Shown: piece after piece, positions 47,179 through 55,811 of the stretch
Layout of the letters: every line of letters starts with the position of its first letter
Numbering within the stretch: the first letter of the stretch is position 1
Source of the DNA: an uncultured Anaerolinea sp.
GTDB lineage: Bacteria > Chloroflexota > Anaerolineae > Anaerolineales > Anaerolineaceae
Direction: 5' to 3'
DNA length: 64,000 nucleotides
NCBI GenBank assembly: GCA_964597505.1
Contig: CAZQXI010000002.1
Coordinates: forward strand, 92,775-156,774
Notes under the pieces: generated by a model
What the model was told of the DNA's origin: nothing
What the model saw: only the letters and a program-made list of their open reading frames with translations
Database searches by the model: none
Made by a program: the position numbers and the translations under genes

Positions 47179-48110
47179 TCGCGCAGCCTCCGGCCGGTGA
47201 GGGTGATGAATACATCTTCGAGTGAATTTTGTCTCAAGCGTAAATCTCCGGGATGAAGACCATTGACCTGCAATATCTCGAGGATTCGGGGGAGCAGTTC
47301 CACAATTCCACGGCTGCGCAGGGCCAATTCATCATCGTTGACGGTTATATCTGTGCATATAGGTTTCAAAAGTGAAAGATAGCGGTCTGCCATGGCTTGC
47401 TCGACCATGGTGAACTCAAGCACATCGCCGGTTCCGACCTGGGCTTTGAGTTCGTCAGGGGTGCCGAGCGCCAGCAATTGACCGTGGTCAATGATGGCAA
47501 TGCGATCCGCCACGCGGTCGGCTTCATCCATGTTATGGGTGGTGAGGATGACGGTTTTCTTGCGCGCCAGAGATTTGATGAACTCACGCACCAAGACCCG
47601 GCTTTGGGGGTCCAGACCGGCTTCGGGTTCATCCAGAACGAGGATCTCAGGTTCGTGCACCAGGGCCATGATCAAGTTGAGCCGCCGCTGCATGCCGCCT
47701 GAAAGGGTCTTGGCGAGCTGGTCGCGTTTTTCGGTCAATTGCATGACTTCAAGCAGATGTTCACCACGGGAACGCGCGATCCTGGCAGGGATGTCATACA
47801 TCTCGCCTATAAAAACGAGCTGCTCGATACAGGTCAGCGAACTCCACAAGATGATGGATTGGGGGCAGACCCCCACCCGCTGTTGGATATCCGAACGGTG
47901 ATCCAGTGCAGTGCCGTGAATGAGGACTTCGCCGCTGTTGGGCTTAAGCAGTCCGCACAGCATGTTAATGGAGGTGGTCTTGCCGGCTCCGTTGGGGCCG
48001 AGAAAACCAAACACCTCTCCCGCGTAGACCTCAAGATTGAGGTCAGAGACCGCTGTAAGTGCTCCATATTTCTTGGTCAGATGGCGTGTTTGCAGTGCGA
48101 TTTCAGACAT
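47175..48110 (-). CDS. ABC transporter ATP-binding protein
   Basis: GPNGAGKTT, LSGGMQRRL, ILVLDEPE. Confidence 0.9.
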   Translation of the reverse strand: MSEIALQTRHLTKKYGALTAVSDLNLEVYAGEVFGFLGPNGAGKTTSINMLCGLLKPNSGEVLIHGTALDHRSDIQQRVGVCPQSIILWSSLTCIEQLVFIGEMYDIPARIARSRGEHLLEVMQLTEKRDQLAKTLSGGMQRRLNLIMALVHEPEILVLDEPEAGLDPQSRVLVREFIKSLARKKTVILTTHNMDEADRVADRIAIIDHGQLLALGTPDELKAQVGTGDVLEFTMVEQAMADRYLSLLKPICTDITVNDDELALRSRGIVELLPRILEILQVNGLHPGDLRLRQNSLEDVFITLTGRRLRE

Positions 48111-48573
48111 GGAGGCGTTCCTTGGAAGATAGAATAAAATCACGCAATATAGGTTTGATGGGAGGGCTTACCTCTTCGGGGAGATGATCGAGTTTGAAAA
48201 AACCATATTCGCTATGTTCTGCCAGGTCGAGCTGAACACAAGCACCATCAATTCTTGACCAGTAAACGGCAGAAAACATATAAACTTCATCCCCGTTTGG
48301 ATAGGTGTAATGTAATTCTTCGCCGGAATACACACCAACCAATTCCATTTGATCAACAATAATCCCAGTTTCTTCAAGCGTTTCACGTTTAACACATTCT
48401 TCAAAAGTTTCACCTAATTCGATAGACCCACCTGGAACCCCCCAACAAAGATTATCGGTTCGCTTCATCATCAATAATTCATTGTCTTGATTTAACAAAA
48501 GCATGGTGGCGCCCACCATGATCAACGGGCGGTGTCCGACAAGTTTACGCAGTTCCAACATGTAATCCATCAA
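48103..48573 (-). CDS. NUDIX hydrolase
   Basis: GGSIELGETFEECVKRETLEETG Nudix box. Confidence 0.85.
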   Translation of the reverse strand: MMDYMLELRKLVGHRPLIMVGATMLLLNQDNELLMMKRTDNLCWGVPGGSIELGETFEECVKRETLEETGIIVDQMELVGVYSGEELHYTYPNGDEVYMFSAVYWSRIDGACVQLDLAEHSEYGFFKLDHLPEEVSPPIKPILRDFILSSKERLHV

Positions 48574-48585
48574 GTTTCCCGTTTT

Positions 48586-49251
48586 TTACAGTGCTTTGGT
48601 TAAGGAAAGCAGAGCTTCAAATGGGAAAGGCTTGCCGTGGCCGGGATAGACGGTTTTGGCATCCACCCCGCGCAATTTTGACAGGCTGGTTATCAGCACA
48701 GATTCGTCTTCAAAGAGGTCCGCGGTTTTGGGGGTTCTGCGGTTCGAGAGGGTATCGCCAACAAGTAATTCACCTGCGGCGGTCAAAATGGATATGGATC
48801 CGCTGGTATGACCGGGGGTGTGGAAGATGGTGGCATCCAAGCCGAATTCTTGCAGGTTTTGCCCGTCTTCGAGATAGAGATTGGGTTCAAAGCAGCCGGA
48901 GGTGTCTTTCATTCGGGAGGCCATCCAGGTCATGAGTTTGCCGGTAAATGTTTTAGCGCTGCGGCGCCTGGGCGTGCCGGTGGAAACCATTTCAAGGTCT
49001 CCCTGATGTACGGCGACACTGACGCCGTATTTTTGCTGCAATTTTTTACAATTTCCGGCATGATCCATGTCGCCATGGGTGAGGATGACCAGTTTTAGCC
49101 GTTCAGGCAGCGCGCCGCGTGATAATAATTCGCTTTCCAGTTTGGTCCACACGTCGCCGATGCCGGTGTCCACCAGGATGAAGCCGTCGCCAGCCTGAAG
49201 CAGATAGGCATTGACAAAGCCCATATCAATCCGCAAAATTGAGTTTTTCAT
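48586..49251 (-). CDS. MBL-fold metallo-hydrolase
   Basis: LTHGDMDHAGN (HxHxDH). Confidence 0.9.
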   Translation of the reverse strand: MKNSILRIDMGFVNAYLLQAGDGFILVDTGIGDVWTKLESELLSRGALPERLKLVILTHGDMDHAGNCKKLQQKYGVSVAVHQGDLEMVSTGTPRRRSAKTFTGKLMTWMASRMKDTSGCFEPNLYLEDGQNLQEFGLDATIFHTPGHTSGSISILTAAGELLVGDTLSNRRTPKTADLFEDESVLITSLSKLRGVDAKTVYPGHGKPFPFEALLSLTKAL

Positions 49252-49334
49252 TTAAATACGCTTTCTGTGGTTAATAGATTTCCCGCTGTTATATACGTCT
49301 GAATACATGAATTGTAGCAAATAAACTAAGAATC

Positions 49335-49374
49335 TTGACAGTTACTTGCACTTCCATATAATTAGCAAGCTAAC
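49335..49374 (+). promoter_or_regulatory. near-consensus sigma70 promoter with overlapping palindromic candidate MarR operator
   Basis: TTGACA(49335-49340)-16-TATAAT(49357-49362) then TTAGCAAGCTAA palindrome (49363-49374); RBS aagg before ATG 49390. Confidence 0.5.
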
Positions 49375-49389
49375 TAATTTAAGGCAAAA

Positions 49390-49815
49390 ATGACTGAGAA
49401 AAGTAAACTTGGATATCGATTATTTCTGGTCAGCCGGGCACATCACAACCTGGCTTTTCGTGAATTTGGCCAGATCGGTCTGTTCCGCGGACAACCTCCC
49501 GTGTTGTTTGAATTGGGGAAGGATGAAGGTCGGACACAATCTGAACTGGCTGAAAAATTGGAACTGACCCCGGCGACGCTGACCAACCTGCTGACGCGCA
49601 TGGAGCATGCCGGTTTGATCGAACGTCGAACGGATGCATCCGACAGCCGCTGTTCACGCATCTATTTAACTGATGCCGGCAGGGTCAAACTCTCTCAAGC
49701 GATACAGCAGACTGAAAAAATGGATGGAATTGCATTTGCTGGTTTCAGCCCTGAAGAACATAACACATTAAATCAATTTCTCGAGCGCATTCACCAGAAC
49801 CTGACACGAGATTAA
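49390..49815 (+). CDS. MarR family transcriptional regulator
   Basis: winged HTH ...QSELAEKLELTPATLTNLLTRMEHAGLIERR. Confidence 0.9.
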   Translation: MTEKSKLGYRLFLVSRAHHNLAFREFGQIGLFRGQPPVLFELGKDEGRTQSELAEKLELTPATLTNLLTRMEHAGLIERRTDASDSRCSRIYLTDAGRVKLSQAIQQTEKMDGIAFAGFSPEEHNTLNQFLERIHQNLTRD

Positions 49816-49824
49816 CCCAACTTA

Positions 49825-51387
49825 TTGGAGCAAAGACTCATGGAATCAACATCAAAGAATCAAAGCCGTTGGCTGGTACTGGCGGTCATGTGCATTTCCC
49901 TTTTTATTATTTCGATAGACACCACCGTGCTAAACCTGGCACTGCCATCCATTGCGGCTGATTTCAAAGCGACCACTGCAGAGCTGCAGTGGGTGATGGA
50001 TGCCTATACCCTGATCTTTGCCTCGCTGCTGATCACTACCGGCGCGCTTGGCGACCGTTATGGCCGAAAAAGTCTTTTAATCATCGGTCTGGCGTTGTTT
50101 GGGGTAGGTTCGCTGGGCGCGGCATTGTCGGTTTCCACGATCATGTTAATTGCCTTCCGAGCACTGTTGGGGCTGGCCGGCGCGCTGATCATGCCATCCA
50201 CGCTGTCGATATTGATCGATGTCTATCGCGAAGGCAAGCAACGTGCCAAAGCGATCGCCATCTGGTCAAGCATCTTTTCCATCGGGGCTGGCATCGGCCC
50301 GATCATTGGTGGATTGCTCATTTCTTCATTTCATTGGTCCTCTGTGTTTTACCTCAACCTGCCGGTTGTGGTCATAGGCATCATTGGTTGTGTTCTATAT
50401 GTGCCTGAATCGAAAGACGTGCGTACCCCCAAACCGGACTTCCCCGGCGTGGCGTTTTCGTTTGTTGGGGTGGTCTCACTGGTGTATGCCATGATCCTGG
50501 TGGGTGAGAAGGGTTGGTCTGCGCCAATGGTGTGGATCTCGTTTGTCATAGCGGCAATCTTTATCACTGCCTTCATCCTGTGGGAAAAACACTCCCCCAA
50601 TCCCATGCTGCCGCTGGAATTTTTCAAAAACAAGAATTTCACCGGCGCGAATGTGTCGTTAACCATCAGTGCATTTGCCATGATGGGCTGCATGTATCTT
50701 TACAGCCAGTATTTTCAATCCATTGAAGGGTTCACCCCCATAAAATCCGCGCTGTGCATGCTGCCCATGACCCCATTTGTATTCACCTCCACCATGTTGT
50801 CGGTGAGGGTGAACCGCCGGTTAGGCACCAAGATTACGATGAGCATCGGGCTGATCCTGTCTGGGTTGTCTGCATTGGTGTTTTCACAGACAGTGGGATT
50901 GCATATTAATTACTGGATTGTTTTGCTGGTTTTGTTCCTTAATGGCTGCGGCATCGGCTTTACCATGAGTCCGGCCACTTCTGCGATCATGAATTCACTG
51001 CCTCCCAATCGGGCAGGCATTGGCTCGGCCATGAATGACACGACCCGCCAGCTTGGCGGCGCGCTGGGAGTGGCGATTTTGGGTGCATTGATGAACAGCA
51101 TCTATCGCTCGGATGTGAGTGTTTTGGCAGGGCAATCCGGTGTGGCGGGTGGGGTCTTGGCAACCATCAGCGGAAGTGTGCAAAGCGCCATGGTGGCTGC
51201 CCAAGGGTTGGCGCCGGAATTGGCGGACCTGGTGGTGAAAACCTCGCGTCAGGCGTTTGTAAACGGTATGAAAGAAGCTTTTTTGATGGCCAGCATTGCC
51301 ATGGTTTTCTCGGCCGCAATGGCATTAATTATCTTGCCAAACAAAGAAAAACAGGCTGTTCTTCCGGCGATTGCCGTGGAAGAATGA
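49825..51387 (+). CDS. MFS transporter, DHA2 (14-TM EmrB/QacA-type) drug efflux
   Basis: 520 aa; GDRYGRK; 14 TM pattern. Confidence 0.9.
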   Translation: MEQRLMESTSKNQSRWLVLAVMCISLFIISIDTTVLNLALPSIAADFKATTAELQWVMDAYTLIFASLLITTGALGDRYGRKSLLIIGLALFGVGSLGAALSVSTIMLIAFRALLGLAGALIMPSTLSILIDVYREGKQRAKAIAIWSSIFSIGAGIGPIIGGLLISSFHWSSVFYLNLPVVVIGIIGCVLYVPESKDVRTPKPDFPGVAFSFVGVVSLVYAMILVGEKGWSAPMVWISFVIAAIFITAFILWEKHSPNPMLPLEFFKNKNFTGANVSLTISAFAMMGCMYLYSQYFQSIEGFTPIKSALCMLPMTPFVFTSTMLSVRVNRRLGTKITMSIGLILSGLSALVFSQTVGLHINYWIVLLVLFLNGCGIGFTMSPATSAIMNSLPPNRAGIGSAMNDTTRQLGGALGVAILGALMNSIYRSDVSVLAGQSGVAGGVLATISGSVQSAMVAAQGLAPELADLVVKTSRQAFVNGMKEAFLMASIAMVFSAAMALIILPNKEKQAVLPAIAVEE

Positions 51388-51627
51388 TCAGGGGTTTGTG
51401 TTTGACGACTGGCGTATAGCGGGATAACTGCACAAAAGGGTATCGAGATATTCCACGCCGCGAAAATGGGGGCAGATCGAGATGTTCTTGATGGCACAGC
51501 GATGAATATCGGTTGATTCTGCCTGGTTCCACGGGCAGGCGTCTTGCTGCCAGGTAATATCCGCTGCAGGGGTGGCCAGGTCGATATCCATGTTGGCGCC
51601 CTTAAGTTTGAGAATGGTATTTGCCAT
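51388..51627 (-). CDS. small 4-Cys hypothetical protein (doubtful)
   Basis: 79-aa ORF between two confident genes; Cys at 31/44/52/66; no recognised motif. Confidence 0.2.
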   Translation of the reverse strand: MANTILKLKGANMDIDLATPAADITWQQDACPWNQAESTDIHRCAIKNISICPHFRGVEYLDTLLCSYPAIRQSSNTNP

Positions 51628-51650
51628 CGGTGAGGTCTCCTCACCGATAT

Positions 51651-52127
51651 TTATACTCCGGCGTAGGCTTTTTTCAACCCCTCAATCTCAAGTTTTTTCA
51701 TTTTTAGCATGGCTTGGAAGACGCGGTCGGTTTTTTCTTTATCCGGGTCGCTCATGAGTTCCATGAGTGCGTCAGGCACGATCTGCCATGAGACGCCGAA
51801 CTTGTCTTTCAGCCAGCCGCACTGCGATTCCTCACCGCCGTTGGCGGTCAGACCATTCCATAGTTTATCCACCTCAGCCTGGTCTTTACAATTAACAACG
51901 AAGGATATGGCTTCGGTAAATTTGAAGAGTGGTCCGCCGTTGAGTGCGGTGAATTCCTGGCCGTCGACCTCAAAACTGACGGTCATCACGGTGCCAGCCT
52001 GGCCGGGAGTATTCTCTGGGTAGTGGGCGATCTGGTTTATTTTCGAATTATTAAATAGGGAAGTGTAAAGGTTGGCGGCTTCCTCAGCCTGGGTGTCAAA
52101 CCACAACATGGGTAAGATTTTTTGCAT
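51651..52127 (-). CDS. VOC family protein (PhnB / 3-demethylubiquinone-9 3-methyltransferase-like domain)
   Basis: MLWFDTQAEEAANLYTSLF...GWLKDKFGVSWQIVP. Confidence 0.85.
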   Translation of the reverse strand: MQKILPMLWFDTQAEEAANLYTSLFNNSKINQIAHYPENTPGQAGTVMTVSFEVDGQEFTALNGGPLFKFTEAISFVVNCKDQAEVDKLWNGLTANGGEESQCGWLKDKFGVSWQIVPDALMELMSDPDKEKTDRVFQAMLKMKKLEIEGLKKAYAGV

Positions 52128-52249
52128 ATTAGGATCCTTTCTCGTTGAGAAAAGGATAATTCATTTAATTTAATTAATCAAATATCATAATTTTTATCTG
52201 ATATAAAAACCTGTTTTTAGATGTAAAAAGCAAAGAAAATTGGTGTGGG

Positions 52250-52285
52250 ATAAAAAAAGCACCCTGCCTTAAAAGGAGGGTGCTC
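52250..52285 (-). terminator. hairpin + U-tract terminator downstream of small ORF 52305-52568
   Basis: gcaccct...agggtgc preceded (minus: followed) by A7/T7. Confidence 0.45.
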
Positions 52286-52304
52286 GACAGCTCATTGGAA
52301 TATC

Positions 52305-52568
52305 TTAGACAGCTTGCGGCAAATTGATGCGGCGGCCAATTTCCATTTTCAAGTTCTGGTCCACGTGAGCAGCTTCGTGGGTGAGGATGTTTCTTTGAAC
52401 AGTCCCTGAGAGGTTGTTCATCAAACTATCAGCCATTGCATCAACATCGTGAGCGTGTTCCACAGCTAATTTTTCCAACATGACACCATTCAAAATTACC
52501 GACACGAGCCGGTTAATTCGCATTGGTTTTACCATTTCATTTGAAACATTATTCGAATTCACAAACAA
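52305..52568 (-). CDS. small hypothetical protein with HEAAH (HExxH) motif; possible metallopeptidase remnant
   Basis: 87 aa; ...ILTHEAAHV...; lies in an AT-rich low-coding stretch. Confidence 0.3.
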   Translation of the reverse strand: MFVNSNNVSNEMVKPMRINRLVSVILNGVMLEKLAVEHAHDVDAMADSLMNNLSGTVQRNILTHEAAHVDQNLKMEIGRRINLPQAV

Positions 52569-52688
52569 TTACCAACTCTCTATTAGATTTTAAGCGCCCA
52601 GTATTATATCGTATAAAAGGGATGTTCTGGAAATATGAGAAAACTCTCATTGGCAACAATGAGAGTTTTTCTTTTGGCAAGCAAGAGA

Positions 52689-53711
52689 TTATAGGGTTTT
52701 TATAGCTCGCAAGACCCGTAAGGTCACCCATTTATTTGGCTCGTTCAGTTTGCCGTAGCTTCTCCAGGTTTTGCCTGTGTAATCATATTCCAAAGCCCAG
52801 CGGCCCTGTTGGTCTTGTTTTTCAAGAATGAGGTTAAGTGTGCTTTCCAGGCGCGGATCGTTGCCTGCCCCCAGTAAAACCAGGGCTTCTACTACTTGCA
52901 GCAGGTCGGTGATGTAGAAAACCGGAAAGCCAAACTTCCACCAGTTGCGGCTGGGATGGTCGTTCAAACCGTTTGGAAAGCCCGCTTTTGCGAGATCCGT
53001 TGATAAAAAGAAATCCAGACCCATTTGAATGGCTTTGTCAATCATGGGGCTGCGAGATTTTTCAGGCAGAATCCCGAAGGCCAGCATGACCTTGGCTGCA
53101 CCCCAAGCACAGGGCATTTTGTTGTTCGCGCCGCAAGCGAAGTTGGGGGCGCATTTGTAGGCATAATAACGGACGGGGGCTTTGCGGTCAGTATTGGGCG
53201 CAATGCCATCGCCGGTCACTGAACGGGCCATCCACTCGTAAGCGGATTGGATGCGCGGATCGTCGCAGCCGAGCTTCAACAGCGCCCAGCACAGGTTACC
53301 CTGCAGGCAGTCAATGGTACCCGATGGTTCACCGTTGTAGGCGAACTGTCCACCTGAGGCAAGAGCCTGGTCAAGCAGATAATTGCAGGCTGTAGCAATG
53401 CGCTCATCTTCGCGGATATCGGCGCCCAACTGAGCAAGCAGCAACAACGACCATACCGTTGACTTATACTTGGGTCCGTAGCCGGGACCTGGTTTCTGCC
53501 AAAAACCGGCAGGGTCCATTTTTTCAAGGATACTGGCAATTGGTCCCTGGCGGTGGGCGGCATCACGTACGGTTTTTAACTCAATGTCATCATACGGCAG
53601 TTGAACCAGGTCTCGCAGTGCCAGGTAACGCACCTCGGGATTTTCTTTTTCAAGGAGCCATTCAAGTGGATTTCCATTAATTTTGATTTCCATTGTTATC
53701 ATCCCTCCCAA
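52689..53711 (-). CDS. alpha/alpha-toroid (prenyltransferase/squalene-oxidase-repeat-like) protein
   Basis: 340 aa with repeated aromatic/Gly helical-hairpin pattern. Confidence 0.5.
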   Translation of the reverse strand: MGGMITMEIKINGNPLEWLLEKENPEVRYLALRDLVQLPYDDIELKTVRDAAHRQGPIASILEKMDPAGFWQKPGPGYGPKYKSTVWSLLLLAQLGADIREDERIATACNYLLDQALASGGQFAYNGEPSGTIDCLQGNLCWALLKLGCDDPRIQSAYEWMARSVTGDGIAPNTDRKAPVRYYAYKCAPNFACGANNKMPCAWGAAKVMLAFGILPEKSRSPMIDKAIQMGLDFFLSTDLAKAGFPNGLNDHPSRNWWKFGFPVFYITDLLQVVEALVLLGAGNDPRLESTLNLILEKQDQQGRWALEYDYTGKTWRSYGKLNEPNKWVTLRVLRAIKTL

Positions 53712-53723
53712 ATTGATGAAATT

Positions 53724-54689
53724 CTAGATGATACCCCACTGCCGATTCAATGCATCAAAAATCGCGGTGCTGATAATGGTATCTTCCCATGAGATCAGGT
53801 CGCTTTCTATTTTACCGGCGCGCAGCAGATCGGCGCAATGGCGAATCTGATGTTCAAATCCATCAGGGACAGGTTTCTTAAATTTCTCGATTTGCTTTCC
53901 AGCTTCATTGAAAAGGATGCAGGTTTGAGGGCCAAAACAGTTATCCAGCATGATGCGGCCCTGAGTGCCGTAGATATAAGCTTCTTCCATGGCGCGGACG
54001 TTAAAACCGCACGCCAGGTTGGCAAGCGCTCCACCGGCAAACTTCATCGAGAAAGCCGCGGCTTCATCCACGCCGTTGGGAGCGAACTGAACAGACCCGG
54101 TGACACTTTGCGGCGTCTCGCCAATGATGCCGGTGGCAAAATCAATGGGATAAATGCCCACGTCATAAAGGCTGCCGCCTTCAGTTTCTTTTGAATAAAG
54201 TCTGTGTTTTGGGTCATAGGGCATGCGAAATGAAAAATTGGCGGTGATCAGTTTTACCTGGCCTATGCGGCCGTATTTGATCCATTCTTGCGCCTTTATG
54301 TAGGCGGGCATGCAGCGCGTCCACATGGCTTCCATGAGGAAGGTGTTGTTCTTCTTGGCCAAGTTTACCAACTCCACAGCCTGTTTTTGGGTCGTTACCA
54401 AAGGTTTTTCACACAAGACAGGTTTGTGAGCTTCAATACATTTTTTGGCAAACTCGTAATGAAGATTATGGGTCAATCCGATATAGATCACATCAACATC
54501 AGGGTCATTGATCACTTCTTCATAGGTGGCACAAGCTTTTGACGCTTTAAATTGCCGGGCGAACCTCTGGGTGCGTTCCATATCGCGGGAGGCCACGGAG
54601 ACCAAATCCACGCCTTCAACGGTGTTCAATACCTTCGCAAAGCGGGCGGATATGTTGCCGAGTCCGATGATTCCAAATTTGATATTCAC
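53724..54689 (-). CDS. Gfo/Idh/MocA family oxidoreductase
   Basis: MNIKFGIIGLGNISARF Rossmann N-terminus, EKP motif. Confidence 0.9.
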   Translation of the reverse strand: MNIKFGIIGLGNISARFAKVLNTVEGVDLVSVASRDMERTQRFARQFKASKACATYEEVINDPDVDVIYIGLTHNLHYEFAKKCIEAHKPVLCEKPLVTTQKQAVELVNLAKKNNTFLMEAMWTRCMPAYIKAQEWIKYGRIGQVKLITANFSFRMPYDPKHRLYSKETEGGSLYDVGIYPIDFATGIIGETPQSVTGSVQFAPNGVDEAAAFSMKFAGGALANLACGFNVRAMEEAYIYGTQGRIMLDNCFGPQTCILFNEAGKQIEKFKKPVPDGFEHQIRHCADLLRAGKIESDLISWEDTIISTAIFDALNRQWGII

Positions 54690-54796
54690 ATTTGCCTCCC
54701 TAAGATAATAATATTATTAATCATAAACCATCAGTCAAGTAATACTAAGAAGAACTCTCCCGTTTGTCTGGGAGAGTTCTTTTTTGTCCATTGAGG

Positions 54797-55471
54797 TTAA
54801 TTGCTTTTTTGCGGTACCTGCGGAATGATCCAACTGATCAGGGCTTGCGGCGAGCGTGTCTGTATGTAAATCTTGCCGGGGCCGGTTAATTCAACCACCA
54901 GACCTTCGCCTGAGAGAAAAGCGGATTTCAATCCACCCACGGACTTGACCTGAACATCCATGGTGGCGGAAAATGCGACCAGGTGCGAGGTGTCTACGAT
55001 ATATTTTTCGCCTGGAACCAGGTCTTTTTCGAAGATGGCGCCATATGAAGAGACGAGCAGTTTGCCTGTTCCGGTAGCTTCAAGCATGGAGACGCCTTCG
55101 CCTGCTTTAAAGGCTTTCATGCTGAATTTACTGTTGAGGTCAATTCCATTCTCTGAAGCCAGGTATGATCCAGATTGAACCATGAGCGGGGTGCCGGTCA
55201 TATCAATATGAACGATGTCGCCGGGCAGGTCTGGAGCAAGGGTTACTTCGCCGCCCTGAGGTCCGGCTACCCAGAAGTTTTGGAAGAATGATTCACCACC
55301 GAGGACAGCGCGGCCCAGGGATTTAAACAAACCGCCTTCTGCCTTGGTCTCAACCTCCACACCGGCAGAATGGCTGACCATGGCACCGGAATCCGCGCGA
55401 ATGCGTTCATTGGGGACGAGTTTTACAACTGCGAGTGAATAAGAGGGTCGAAATTGAATGTCTATTTCCAT
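54797..55471 (-). CDS. AIM24/TIGR00266 family protein
   Basis: 224 aa, characteristic beta-rich AIM24 pattern (…GGESFFQNFW…). Confidence 0.8.
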   Translation of the reverse strand: MEIDIQFRPSYSLAVVKLVPNERIRADSGAMVSHSAGVEVETKAEGGLFKSLGRAVLGGESFFQNFWVAGPQGGEVTLAPDLPGDIVHIDMTGTPLMVQSGSYLASENGIDLNSKFSMKAFKAGEGVSMLEATGTGKLLVSSYGAIFEKDLVPGEKYIVDTSHLVAFSATMDVQVKSVGGLKSAFLSGEGLVVELTGPGKIYIQTRSPQALISWIIPQVPQKSN

Positions 55472-55699
55472 TTTTATCTCCTGTTTAAAATAATTAGGCT
55501 TTAAATAATGTAATTATTAGTTCCACGACTAACAAAGTTTATCTTACGATAGTTTCTTTTTCATTAGATTATACAAAATTGAAAGTTTCGCCGTTATGAC
55601 CAAATCCTTGGTTTAATAAACTATATCTAAAATTTATGGAAAATAAGCTCGTTTACAGAGATAATAATATGGTTCAGTGAAACTGGTGTGAACCAAAAA

Positions 55700-55728
55700 T
55701 GAACAAGGCAACCCATTATTTGTATAAT
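55700..55728 (+). promoter_or_regulatory. candidate extended -10 promoter for the C11 peptidase gene
   Basis: TGAACA-17-(TG)TATAAT at 55721-55728 in a 340-nt AT-rich intergenic region; nearby palindrome GGTTCA-N12-TGAACC (55672-55695). Confidence 0.4.
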
Positions 55729-55811
55729 CTTTGACAACCCCCACTTGAGTGAATCCATATTATCCATGGCATAAATTATGCCAAATAAACCTGAATTAAG
55801 GATGGTACAAC

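Noticed and set aside
47366-48067. Multiple overlapping ORFs in both strands across the ABC ATPase 47175-48110
   Set aside because: The ATPase frame carries intact Walker A/B and signature motifs. The others are frame artefacts of GC-rich coding DNA.
51249-51644. 131-aa and 67-aa minus-strand ORFs overlapping the DHA2 3' end
   Set aside because: They overlap the end of a confident MFS gene and translate to Pro/Arg-rich junk. Only the 79-aa frame (51388-51627) was kept, at very low confidence.
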